From contig NIVC01002654.1 in assembly GCA_002269645.1 (NCBI GenBank), forward strand, positions 1 through 64,000: a stretch of DNA of 64,000 bases, written 5' to 3'. How positions within the stretch are numbered: the stretch's first letter is position 1; each line of letters begins with the position of its first letter. Under the pieces are notes generated by a model that searched no databases, had not been told where the DNA came from, and was given only the letters and a program-made list of their open reading frames with translations. The stretch comes from Macrostomum lignano (taxonomy: Eukaryota). Position numbers and translations under genes: made by a program. Of the stretch, positions 12,113 to 24,360 are shown piece by piece.

Positions 12113-12450
12113 TTATCTCCTGCCGGCGTGCAGGTAGACCCTATCCAGCACAGAGCTCTGCTTGCACAGATACCAACCAGCCAAGCAGGCGGCCACTGTC
12201 ACAGGCGCTGGCCGACCCTTCACCGCCACAGCGAACACAGCCAGGCCAACGATAGCGCCGAAAAACTTAGCAAACTCGATGCTGTAGGCCACTGTCCAGA
12301 TCAGCTTAGGCGGCTTGCCTTTCTTATTGCCCGACTGGCCTTTTTTAGTCTGCTTTGAGTTGGCCGACTTCTTGCTTGACGCTGCCGGTTTTGGCACGCA
12401 TTGACTGCCCGAGCGCTGGTAGCCTGGCTGGCAGTCGCACCGGTAGCTGC
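12113..12450 (-). CDS. CRELD1: CRELD1-like, exon 4 (end of EGF and two hydrophobic segments)
   Basis: GSYRCDCQPGYQRSGSQCVPK, a Lys-rich linker, then FFGAIVGLAVFAVAV and PVTVAACLAGWYL, stop TAA; phase consistent. Confidence 0.85.
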
Positions 12451-12496
12451 CTGTGGAACAGGGATGAGACTAGAAATGAGTCTAGGAATGAAGTCT

Positions 12497-13620
12497 GAGG
12501 TAAGATCGGACAGATAGAATACAGGGTCGGACAGATAGAATCCAAGGTCGGACAGATAGAATTTAGGGTCAGACAGATAGAATACAGGGTCGGACAGATA
12601 GAATCCAAGGTTGGACAGATAGAATACAGGGTCGGACAGATAGAATACAGGGTCGGACAGATAGAATCCAAGGTCGGACAGATAGAATCCAAGGTCGGAC
12701 AGATAGAATTTAGGGTCGGACAGATAGAATCCAAGGTCGGACAGATAGAATCCAAGGTCGGACAGATAGAATCCAAGGTCGGACAGATAGAATCCAAGGT
12801 TGGACAGATAGAATCCAAGGTCAGACAGATAGAATCCAAGGTTGGACAGATAGAATCCAAGGTCGGACAGATAGAATACAAGGTCAGACAGATAGAATCC
12901 AAGGTCGGACAGATAGAATCCAAGGTCGGACAGATAGAATACAAGGTCAGACAGATAGAATCCAAGGTCGGACAGATAGAATTTAGGGTCGGACAGATAG
13001 AATCCAAGGTCGGACAGATAGAATTTAGGGTCGGACAGAAAAAATCCAAAGTCAGACAGATGGAATCCAAGGTCGGACAGATAGAATTTAGGGTCGGACA
13101 GATAGAATCCAAGGTTGGACAGATAGAATCCAAGGTCGGACAGATAGAATCCAAGGTTGGACAGATAGAATCCAAGGTCGGACAGATAGAATCCAAGGTT
13201 GGACAGATAGAATACAGGGTCGGACAGATAGAATACAAGGTCGGACAGATAGAATCCAAGGTCGGACAGATAGAATTTAGGGTCGGACAGATAGAATCCA
13301 AGGTCGGACAGATAGAATTTAGGGTCGGACAGATAGAATCCAAGGTCGGACAGATAGAATTTAGGGTCGGACAGAAAAAATCCAAAGTCAGACAGATGGA
13401 ATCCAAGGTCGGACAGATAGAATCCAAGGTTGGACAGATAGAATCCAAGGTCGGACAGATAGAATCCAAGGTCGGACAGATAGAATCCAAGGTCGGACAG
13501 ATAGAATCCAAGGTTGGACAGATAGAATCCAAGGTCGGACAGATAGAATCCAAGGTCGGACAGATAGAATCCAAGGTCGGACAGATAGAATCCAAGGTCG
13601 GACAGATAACATCCAGAGTC
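12497..13620. repeat. 21-bp minisatellite GGTCGGACAGATAGAATCCAA, about 53 copies, fills CRELD intron 3
   Basis: 7-aa periodic ORFs in several frames. Confidence 0.95.
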
Positions 13621-13631
13621 GGACGGCTCAC

Positions 13632-14102
13632 CTGGCAGGTTAACGCATCTCTCATACGGCCCCGTACAGTGTGGACTGTCCGGGCTGCATTCGTTCACGT
13701 CTTGACAACCGGATCCGGTGGTCGCGGGTTCGAATCCTGGCGAACAGGCGGTGCAGCCGGCCTGGCCGGGTCCGGAGCAGGCGGAGCAGGCCCGGTCGCA
13801 GTCGCCGCACCGGTAGCTGCCGGGCAGGTTCTCGCAGAAGCTCCTCGGCCCACTGCACGGACTGCGGGTCTGGCATTCGTCGATATCAACACACGCGGCT
13901 CCGTCAGCTTGCTGGACTGTCTCGTAGCCGTCGGCGCACTGATCGCACTGGGTGGCCAGCGGACCGGTGCAGGCGCTTCGACAAGCCGGGCTGCAGGCTT
14001 TGCATTCGCCGTTGCTCTCGCCGTTGGCGCGGTAGTATTTGGCTGAGCAGTCCGAGCACTGAGCACCTGAGTAGCCCGGGTGACAGTCACATGCGCCAGT
14101 GC
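13632..14102 (-). CDS. CRELD1: CRELD1-like, exon 3 (EGF, furin-like and cbEGF repeats)
   Basis: CDCHPGYSGAQCSDC...CVDIDECQTRSPC...CENLPGSYRC...CQDVNECSPDSPHC; 471 nt, phase 1/1, no stops. Confidence 0.9.
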
Positions 14103-14389
14103 CTGATATTTGGAATTATAAGGGAGATTGCTTCACTGGTAAACACCTGTCACGGTTAGCACTTAGCAGTTTAGCTGCAACTGGAGGGCAAAGGCCCAAT
14201 CAGTTTACAGTACAGACAGAAATAATCTGTAAACGGACACAGACATGAACTCAGGGCAGACACAGACAAACTCAAAGTGGACACAGACAGACTCAGAGAA
14301 AACAGGCACACTCAGAACGGACAGACAAACTCGAAGTAGTCATAGACACACTCAGAGAGGACACAGACACTCAGAAAAGGAGAGGACAC

Positions 14390-15555
14390 AGAAAATCTAC
14401 AACGGACACAGACAATCTACAACGGACAAAGACAATCTACAATGGACGCAGACAATCTATAACGGACACAGACAGTCTATAACGGACACAGATATTCTAA
14501 CAACGGACACAGACAATCTACAATGGACACAGACAATCTACAATGGACACAGACAGTCTATAACGGACACAGACAATCTACAACGGACACAGATATTCTA
14601 ACAATGGACACAGACAATCTACAACGGACTCAGACAATCTACAACGAACACAGACAATCCACAACGGACACAGACAATCTACAACGAACACAGACAATCT
14701 ATAACGGACACAGACAATCTACAATGGACACAGACAATCTACAACGAACACAGACAATCTATAACGAACACAGACAATCTATAACGGACACAGACAATCT
14801 ACAATGGACACAGACAATCTACAACGGACACAGACAATCTACAATGGACACAGACAATCTACAACGGACACAGACAATCTACAACGGACACGGACAATCT
14901 ACAATGGACACAGACAATCTACAACGGACACAGACAATCTACAACGGACACAGACAATCTACAATGGACACAGACAATCTACAATGGACACAGACAATCT
15001 ACAACGGACACAGACAATCTACAACGGACACGGACAATCTACAATGGACACAGACAATCTACAACGGACACAGACAATCTACAATGGACACAGACAATCT
15101 ACAATGGACACAGACAATCTACAACGAACACAGACAATCTATAACGAACACAGACAATCTATAACGGACACAGACAATCTACAATGGACACAGACAATCT
15201 ACAATGGACACAGACAATCTACAACGGACACGGACGCAGACAATCTACAACGGACACGGACACAGACAATCTACAACGGACACGGACACAGACAATGTAC
15301 AACGGATACGGACACAACGGACGGTCGGACACAGACAAACTACAACGGACACAGACAATCTACAACGGACACAGACAATCTACAACGGACACAGACAAAC
15401 TACAACGGACACAGACAATCTACAACGGACACAGACAATCTAAAATGGACACAGACAATCTACAACGGACACAGACAATCTACAACGGACACAGATAGTC
15501 TAACAACGGACACAGACGATCTACAATGGACACAGACAATCTACAACGGACACAG
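14390..15555. repeat. 20-bp minisatellite CAACGGACACAGACAATCTA in CRELD intron 2
   Basis: Direct reading. Confidence 0.95.
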
Positions 15556-15566
15556 TCCCAGCTCAC

Positions 15567-15717
15567 CGGTCCGAGTCCCGTTCCCATTGCAGTCGCCGCG
15601 GCCGCCGGAGCAGTCGGGGCAGGGCGCGCACTCCGGTCCCCAGCGGCCGTAGACGCAGCAGGCGGCGGTGCCGTTGACGCAGACAGAATCGCGCAGGCTG
15701 GCAGAGGTCGGGTTGGC
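15567..15717 (-). CDS. CRELD1: CRELD1-like, exon 2
   Basis: DSVCVNGTAACCVYGRWGPECAPCPDCSGGRGDCNGNGTRT; CAG/GTGAG sites; phase 0/1. Confidence 0.9.
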
Positions 15718-15944
15718 CTGCGGGAGAGATGCCCGAGTGTTTTGGATTTTTTGGTAATTCAATAAAAGAAGAGGCTGATGAGAAATCAGCTTTAGGTAAC
15801 GGACAAAAAGTCTGTCAAGTTTATATCCTCAAAGATTTTGATTGTAAAATTTCTGTATTTTTTATCACATCCAATGCTTAATAACATTTTCAAATATAAG
15901 ACATTCCTTAAATCCCGAGACACTCCTGACATTCCAAGAAATTT

Positions 15945-17090
15945 CCCACACCCAGACATTTCCCACACCCCAGACATTTCCCACACCCCAGACATTTCCC
16001 ACACCCAGACATTTCCAACACCCCAGACATTTCCCACACCCCAGACATTTCCCACACCCCAGACATTTCCCACACCCCAGACATTTCCCACACCCCAGAC
16101 ATTTCCCACGCCCGACATTTCCCACACTACAGACATTTCCCACACCCCAGACATTTCCCAACCGCAGAGACATCAGGGCGGTTACCATGGCCCTCTCGGG
16201 TCATGGCTGCTTTGCCAGGCATCGTTACCTCCAGGAAAAAATCCGCAGTGAGGAATGCCCTTTCTGCCTCTCCGGTGTCGAGAATGCGGAGCACTTCATC
16301 TGTGAATGCCCCGCCTTTACTCAGGACAGGCTCACCTACCTCGGCCCAAACCCGGACCTCTCCGACGTTTTCAGGCCCGAGAATCTCTGCCAGCTCGTCC
16401 GCTACCTAAGGGCTACCGGGCGAGCGACAATCCACCTCCTGGACTCTCCGGAGGGGGACCGCGCTGCGGACGCCGGCGCCACCGGAACTCCCTGCGCGAC
16501 ACCGCAGCACTAGCTGCCCGTGGTCGCCAGGGGTTAGCGAAATGGGCGGCAACGCCTCCTCGCTGTTTCCGGACGCACGGAGCCCCCTGCAGCTAAGTCA
16601 AGTAAGACATTTCCCACACCCAGACATTTCCAACACCCCAGACATTTCCCACACCCCAGACATTTCCCACGCCCGACATTTCCCACACTACAGACATTTC
16701 CCACACCCAGACATTTCCCACACCCAGACATTTCCAACACCCCAGACATTTCCAACACCCCAGACATTTCCAACACCCCAGACATTTCCAACACCCCAGA
16801 CATTTCCAACACCCCAGAAATTTCCCACACCCCAGACATTTCCCACGCCCGACATTTCCAACACCCCAGACATTTCCCACACCCCAGACATTTCCAACAC
16901 CCCAGACATTTCCAACACCCCAGACATTTCCAACACCCCAGACATTTCCCACACCCCAGACATTTCCAACACCCCAGACATTTCCCACACCCCAGACATT
17001 TCCAACACCCCAGACATTTCCCACACTACAGACATTTCCCACACTACAGACATTTCCCACACCCCAGACATTTTCCACATCCCGGACATC
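15945..17090. repeat. 17-18-bp minisatellite CCCACACCCCAGACATTT in CRELD intron 1, split by a LINE fragment
   Basis: Arrays at 15945-16160 and 16606-17090. Confidence 0.95.
16161..16605 (+). mobile_element. 5'-truncated non-LTR retrotransposon 3' end (I/R1-group-like C-terminal Cys/His domain plus 3' UTR)
   Basis: LSGHGCFARHRYLQEKIRSEECPFCLSGVENAEHFICECPAF matches the GH...CxxC...ExxxHxxxxCP motif at the end of LINE ORF2; short TCAAG/TAAG tail; flanked by AGACATTTCCCA on both sides (within the satellite). Confidence 0.8.
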
Positions 17091-17303
17091 TTCAACCTGA
17101 GATAGCTCCCACATCCCAAGCATTTCCCACATCCCGGACACTTCTTACCTCATACAATTCAATGTCCCAGACATTTCTCACGTCCTAGAAAACTGCGGCA
17201 ACACTAGAAATTGCCGAACAAACCCCCGGGAAAACCTTTAAGTTTTTAAAATTGTTGAACGCTTCAAAACTTTGGCACAAATCCGAAATGAACTTTCACC
17301 AAC

Positions 17304-17669
17304 CTTGAAAGCGCCAAACCAGAACTTCTCAATGTCCTCTTCAATCTTCTCTAGCATAGCGTGACACTCGCTAGAGGTCACACCGTCCATCTCATTGTCT
17401 TTGTCCTTGCAAAGCCGGTCTGTGATGTCCACCAGCCGGGTCTCGCTGAGCGCATAGGTGCCCAGCCGGGTCTCCTCCCAGTTGGTGTTGCCGCCACCAA
17501 AGTTGTCCCGAGCGGTTCGCTCCAGGCCTCGCTGGAATGCGGCAGCAATGGCGCTGCACGCTCGGCATTGGGAGCTGAGCTGTTGAGAATCTGGGCTGCC
17601 TGATCGGGCCACATGGGATATGAGTGACAGCAACAGGCCTAAAGATGCCAGTTGGTGAATGAGTGGCAT
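17304..17669 (-). CDS. CRELD1: CRELD1-like, exon 1 (signal peptide and N-terminal DUF3456/WE region)
   Basis: MPLIHQLASLGLLL... CRAC ... ERTARDNFGGGNTNWEETRLGTYALSETRLVDITDRLC is the CRELD hallmark; 366 nt, phase-0 donor. Confidence 0.9.
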
Positions 17670-20600
17670 AGTTGAATTTTGGCTGCCTGTGTCTGAATCC
17701 TTCAAGCATGAAATGTTGTGGTAAATTGGTCTAAATAAGCAATTCAGTTTAAACTATCAAACTGCAATTTACAGCCAGTATTTTAAAAACAATAAGTAAA
17801 TAAAATAATTTTTTGTAAGGCTGGCTTAGTAAGGCATAGTAAGGCTAACCACTGCTTATTAGATAGGGTCTTCTGTGTAACTTTTTAAAAATTATATACC
17901 AATTAACCAATATGCTATATTGGGTCTTTTTCTGTGGGTACAGTTATAGTCAAATTTTTCTTTCTTCTATATTGGCAACCATAGGAACAATTGCCTCTAT
18001 CTACAATGCACATTCAAGTTTCATTAGATGTGTAAATCTAAATTTTTCTTTTATGACTTCTAATTTCCTCTGATTTGGCATTTAATTCTAGTTTAGAAAA
18101 AGATTAAAGCAGATTAAATAAATTTTTAATTAAATCATTAACATTATAGCCAAACAATTCTTAGATATTTAGTATAGGCAAAAGTAGACTCATAAGCTTA
18201 GTAAGGCCTCATATGTAAGCCTCAGAAGCAAGGTACCCTAGTACTTACAGAAATCCTAGGCTTTGGAGAGATGTTTGATACCTTAGTAACAAGCTTTTAA
18301 CTGGTTATAGAACTGCCCAATAATACAACTAATATCTTAATTGCATATAACAACCCTGCCTAAAGTAAGAATCTCCATGAGATTGTTAAATCTAGGAATT
18401 TTTTGAATATGCTAAGCTAAAACATTGCTATTTCAAGCATAAAATTCATTCATTAATTAGTTTGTTAACTAAGAAAGAGGGTCACTCTTTTGTCATAAAA
18501 AATGTGGAATATAGGAGCCTAAACTTTTCTATAGAAAATAGGTACAGTTGTAAAGTCAAAATTTTTCATTGAAAACAAAATTTTCAGCAAGGTATATTTG
18601 TAGAAATCTAAGGGTACATAAAAAGAGAATAATATTTTAATGTTTCCAATTAAAATTTACATTGGCATTGTCGTTCTATATCTAGATATGCTTAATTTTT
18701 TCTTTTGTATGATTTCTAAAGAAAAAAATGATTTCAAACTTCCAAAAACTATATATAACAACATAACTACTTGCAAAACTACATATACAGAGCAAATATT
18801 TTAGGAATAAATCTGTCACTTATTAAGTTCTCAACTATATCAAAAAAGTAATGTTTTACTAGGGGCAGTAGGGCCTAGGCCAATTTAAAATAGAATCTAA
18901 ATCTAAGAAAAGAAAAAAACAGACTTTTGAAGGTTTTCAATACTAAATTGCAAGACAAATCGAATAATAAAAGTCTTGAAATCCAAGATTTTGCCACTCT
19001 TGATGAAATTTGGGCTCAAATATTACAGGTATAAGGCAAGAGTAACCGTATTAATATTTAGTGTAAAATGCCCTGTCATATAATCAGTTTAATAAATGCA
19101 TAACTAAAAGCATTTTTATACACTTTATGCTAGTTCCTAACATATAATCCTAGCTTTAGAGCTAGAATCTAAAATTTAGAGCATATAAAAAGTTCCTCAC
19201 GAATGAAATTTAGGTACCAAAATACTTCTGTTCTGCTTGCACTTGTACGTTTTAATGAAAAATCCACTAACTCAATCTTCTACTAAACTAAAGTTAAGTT
19301 CTAGATTTCTAACTTAACTTGTTACCCGTTATAGATTAAAACCGAATATGTATCTATCATTAAAATAATACCTTTCTGGACAAATCCTAATGCCTCGCGT
19401 CACAGTATAAATTAATTAAATATACAGTTTTTAGAAATCGAATAACCTTTTCTTAGAAAGAAATTATAAAGTAAATTATCGCCATTTCGTGGCATCGATA
19501 ACGTTTGAAAAACGCATGATTAAAAGAAATAAGAACATGAAAGTTAGCACTCACATAAGATTAGCGACATGAATTTCGACTTGGGTCAGACATATTCAGG
19601 CTCATAAGTGTAATGAATGTGCGATCGAGAGAAAACCTGTGTTTGTCAAAAGTATCAGAAAGCATATATAGTATGCATTAGTCAAGCGAGATGCGATCGG
19701 GGGGCTAAGAAATCGATAGCAATAGCAACGTAGATGATTGGGAGACGGGGTGGCTGGGGTGCAGGTGAGCATACAATAAAATACAATTACACATACATAC
19801 GGACTACTATATAAACGACAATTAAGTAGTCCGTACACGTACAGTCGTACATCACTGACAATACGGAAATACAAACGATTGGTACACGTGTATTTATTAA
19901 TTGATAAATTTTGACGAAAATGTGTCAATAAAAGTCAAAATATTGTCCATTAATTGATAAAGTCAATTGCTATTGCTAAAGTCTTGCAAAGAGCTGAAGG
20001 TGTGGCACTAAAATGACTTCGCTAAAATGAGTGCCTGCGGCGCTAAAATGAGTGCCTGCAGCGCTAAAATGACTACCTGCGGCGCTAAAATGAGCGCTGA
20101 CAACACCTATTCTGAAAATAGTACATGTAGGAATTCAGTCATGTACAAATTCTTGGCTTTGTCCCCCGGGCGGTACATGTACGTTATTTCATGCAGTTTG
20201 TCGAGAGAATGTCGCACTGTTGCCTGCATGGCGCTGCAAGCACCTTACCGGCAAGCTGGACATGCAAGTACGTTAATTTCGTCGACTGCCCACAGGCTTC
20301 CGCGCCCTTGTGACTCTGCTATCATATATTCTTCATGAGTCGTTTTTATATCAGCTAGTATTGCTGTTGTTTGTGTGAATCTCAGGTCTTTGTTCAGAGC
20401 AAACATTTGAAATAGTTTTAAAGAAAACGAGGGCCAACCTCAAAGCAGAGATTCTACGTCTCCTGACGATGAGAGAGAGTCAGGACCACTATACGCCCTG
20501 TGTAAGCGCGCTCGGAGTTCGGTGGAACGGAACAGTTGTTCAAGGACGACTACCATCGGTATAAATTGATTTTAATAAAATCTTGGACTAAAGGATCGCC

Positions 20601-21847
20601 ATTAATAAATCTCGGTTATGATAAATAGGTCAGGCTTGAATTAAATTACAGCCTATGCGAATAGATATACGAGCGTACAAGGGCAGATAAAATATTCGAA
20701 ATTTGAGAAGGTTAGGATATGACAGTCTGCCGAGCTAATAAACGAAAGTAACGTCTCAAGATTCAAAGAACCTGAACTATATAGCGCTTCTCCCGAACAT
20801 ATGCCAAATATTCTCGAACTAATTTGCACCTTCTCGGTTACATATTCACTGTAGAGGCCAAAATTATCGAGCGCAACTTTAAAAAACTATTAAGTTGCAT
20901 TAGCCAAAAAGAAAAAAAAGTATTTGCCAATGACCTGGAAATGGGGTGCTGCTGCAGGTGCAAATTAAGAAAGCGTACCGAAGCATGTCAGGCGGTTCTG
21001 GCGAATTCTGAGCTTTATTTTGAATAATTATCGAATTACGTGACAGTGCACGACCAATTTATAGCTTTCTGAATTTGAAAATTAGCGCAAAAAGCAAGAC
21101 AATTAAACAAATTAAACGTCAGGGCAAGAGGCTTTAAGCGAAACAATTTTAAAGCAGAAAGTCAAAGCAAATGGTTCTATGCAAATAAGAGCTTTTACGA
21201 GAGCTTCATAAAAAACACAGGGAATACTGGGGGGTTTGAAAGATCAATTCTATATTTTCTCACCCTACGAATGATCGTGCAAAAAGATAAACACAAAATC
21301 AAATGTTGGAAGTAAAAAAATAAAACGCTTTCACTGAATTAAAACGGTGCAACACGCTCTAAAATGGTGTACAACAAAAGCTGGCATTTCATGAGGTTTC
21401 GGGCTGGTAAAATAAAACCCCTTTTTTGTAAGAAATGAAAAAAATTCAGGGACTATTAAATCGTACTAAAGAGACAACTATTTTTCTGCTGTCAGCTTTA
21501 GCTCTACAGTGTTTTGTACAATGATAGGAAAAGAGAACTAATGCGCTTTGAATTGCAACTTTGGGGATCGGTACATAAGGAAGATTCTTGGACCGGGAAT
21601 GACTGTCATCGCTGCATGGTCGATGTGAATCGCTAAAATATTATATGTGTTCGATACACAAGCGTAAAGTGCAGTATAATTAACCTATAGTTTTGCGCTG
21701 AAAGAACGTCCTTATACAATTGTGGAATGTCCGATTACTCACTTGAGTGCATTTCAATATTTCACCACACAAACACTTTGAGATCATTCTTTCAGCGCAG
21801 TAAAAAGCATTGCCAAACCGCTACTTCAAAGTGATACGTTATAAATC

Positions 21848-24360
21848 TCACACAGTCTCTTCATAATAATCATTCATAGCCTCTTCGGGAATCGCGTCCT
21901 CCATTGTCGAATTTTGATGCGACAGCGTCAGCTTGCGATGGGGCGATGCGAGCGCGTGCAAATCCAAGTTGCTGCTGGCCACCACCTGGCTGCCGTCGAC
22001 GAGCACCAAACTGGCGTTGAGATTGTGCGCACTCTTGATCATGTCCTCCACCTTCTGCTGGTTGTCTTCCTCCTTCTGCCGGAAGCGTGGTAGCAGCAGG
22101 ATGCTAAAGATGACGGATCCGACGATGAATAGGCAGCCGCCGAATGAGAAGGGCAAGCTGTACTTTGTCCGCTCGTTGTACAGAGAGGCCGTGATGGGCG
22201 ACCCGATGCAGACGCTAATTCCTCGGGCCAGAGTGACGAGGCCAAATGCGTTGGTGAGATTGTCTAAGCCAACCAGTTTGCAGAGAACCTCGGAGGTCAG
22301 GGTGACGACAGGGGCGAGGCAAATGCCGAGGATTGTGTACACTGTCAGAAGCGACCAGAAGCCGGTACAGAAGTTCAGCAAGATGCAAAACACGCCGCTC
22401 AGAAGCAGCGATAAATTGTTGAGCAGCAGGGCGGAAACCCGCGGGTTGCTGGCCAGGCCCCCGATGGCGATCCTGCAGACGGTGTTGGCGGCGCCGAATG
22501 CGGAGTTTAGATAGCGAGCCTGCTCCTCCGACACGTCAATTTCCCGAGCAAACGAACTCACAAAGAACAGCGGAACGTAGAAGGCCAGCATAACGATGAG
22601 GTTTGCTATCCAGATTATCACAAAGCCAAGGTCCTTCATTAGGCCTAGATCCACCATCATAAGAAAGGCGTCAACGATCGGTTTGGGCAGGCAACGCAGA
22701 CACTTTGGCGGCGTTAGAAGATTGACTGGCGGTGACAGGTCGCCAGTTGGGGACTGCATTGGTGGCGCCTCTCCGGGGATGCGAGTCATGGACAGGAACA
22801 GCTGACTGGGCGCCAGCGACTGTTGCGATCTCCGAACTCGAGCGCTGGTCAGATTCATCACCGAGCCGCTGTAGAAGATGTCTCGACGGTAGAACGGCCT
22901 GCGCAGATCCGCCAGGTTTGCCGCGGTTACGCCGGCTCGAATCTGCGCAATGTCGAATTGTCTCGCCCTGGCTACCTTGGCCGCCTTGGACTTGCGCACC
23001 GCACGTCGACGAGCAAATAACCCTGGTAGTGACTTCAGTAGAGCGTCCGGATCGCTCAGATTGCCCATCGAGCTTACGTCGAAGCCACTGATTGTGCTGG
23101 AGAACATGCGCCGGTCGGAGTCGAGGCGCTTCTTCGGGAATGGGCGAGACAACTGGCGCTGAGCCAGAGGCGACTCCGGCAGTGCGGGCATGGCCTCCGG
23201 GATAGTCGCTAGCTGACCGCCGACGCCACCTGCGTTTCCTGGCTCCTCGCTGTCGAGTCGCGTCCTGCGCACATACTGCTCAGCCAGTTGGTCCATCGTG
23301 CCCTGGTCAGGAGGCTGAACCGCCTCAGCCGATGTCGCTGGGGCAGCCGTCCCGGTCGTCTGACTGATAGCTGGTGCAGGCGGATCCGGGACCCGGCGGC
23401 TGATGCAGGAACTGAGGCTGCCATGCCAACAGAAACAATCGGCGGCTCGTTCGGTCGAAGTAAGGCGCCCAGGACGGCGCCATTTAGCGCGATGCCGGAC
23501 AAGATCATCAGCGTGTTCTGCCAGCCCATGGACTCCAGCAGCGCATTGGTGACGGGCCCCATTACGATGGTGCCAATGCCCGTGCCGCAGACGGCGAGGC
23601 CCATGGCCAGGGATCGGTATCGCTCGAAGTAGAAGCTGACGCAGACCACGCACGGCAGGTAGAGAAGGCCGTTGCCAAAGCCGCTGATGATGCCGTAGGT
23701 GACTGTCAGCATCCACAGCTTCGTTGCGAAGCTGCTCAGGAAGAATCCTGCGCTGGCGACCACGGCACCGGCCATGCAGACCGGCCGACAGCCGAACTTG
23801 TTGACCAGCGCGCCGACTATAGGCCCGGTGAGCATGCCCACTCCGCATAGAAGTGAACCGATCAGCATCACGGATGCTTTGTCCGCTTGGAAATAGTCGC
23901 AGAAGTCCACCAGCATCAGACCGAACGAATTGGCGATGCCATCGACAATGAAGCTGACCATCATGCTGGCGAAAGTGACAACCCAGGCGTAGCCGCGGTC
24001 CAGCGGCAGTGGCAGCACATCCTCGGCAACAACGGGCACCATTTCAATCTCGTCGTCGTTGTCGCTTCCAACCTCCTTGCTGCTGGCATCTTCCTCCAAG
24101 CCCCCGGAGTTGCTGTTCACCGACTGACGGGTTGGCGATTGTGGCGGCGACCGCGACATCCGGAAGGAATAGCGCTTTGCTCTCGCCGTCGGTGATGTCG
24201 GTGATTTCGGCGAAGTAGGTGATGTTGGCGTTTGCGGCGATGTAGGAGAAGTCGGAGAAGAAGCCATCACGAGCTTCGTTGACTCAGTGTGACCTTCGCC
24301 TCCGTCATCGTTTGACGATTGCGCGGTGGCGATTTTTTCCCCGTTGCTGTTGTCAGACAT
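21848..24360 (-). CDS. Monocarboxylate transporter (SLC16 family, MFS), apparently single coding exon with one -1 frameshift near 23393
   Basis: PLDRGYAWVVTFASMMV, GPIVGALVNKFGCRPVCMAG, YFERYRSLAMGLAVCGTG, RRPFYRRDIFYSGS and the C-terminal TM bundle are SLC16 motifs. The two halves lie in different frames (ORFs 23209-24420 and 21848-23848). Confidence 0.9.

Noticed and set aside
12301-14046. Long ORFs of 465, 436 and 328 aa over the 21-bp satellite (for example coiled-coil-like ESKVGQI repeats)
   Set aside because: They lie in a CRELD intron bounded by canonical, phase-matched splice sites; open frames on both strands reflect a stop-free unit.
20400-21030. Possible decayed transposase and a hairpin with CTGACGA at about 20461
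   Set aside because: No recognisable catalytic motifs; the hairpin lacks the GAAA and stem arrangement of a hammerhead.
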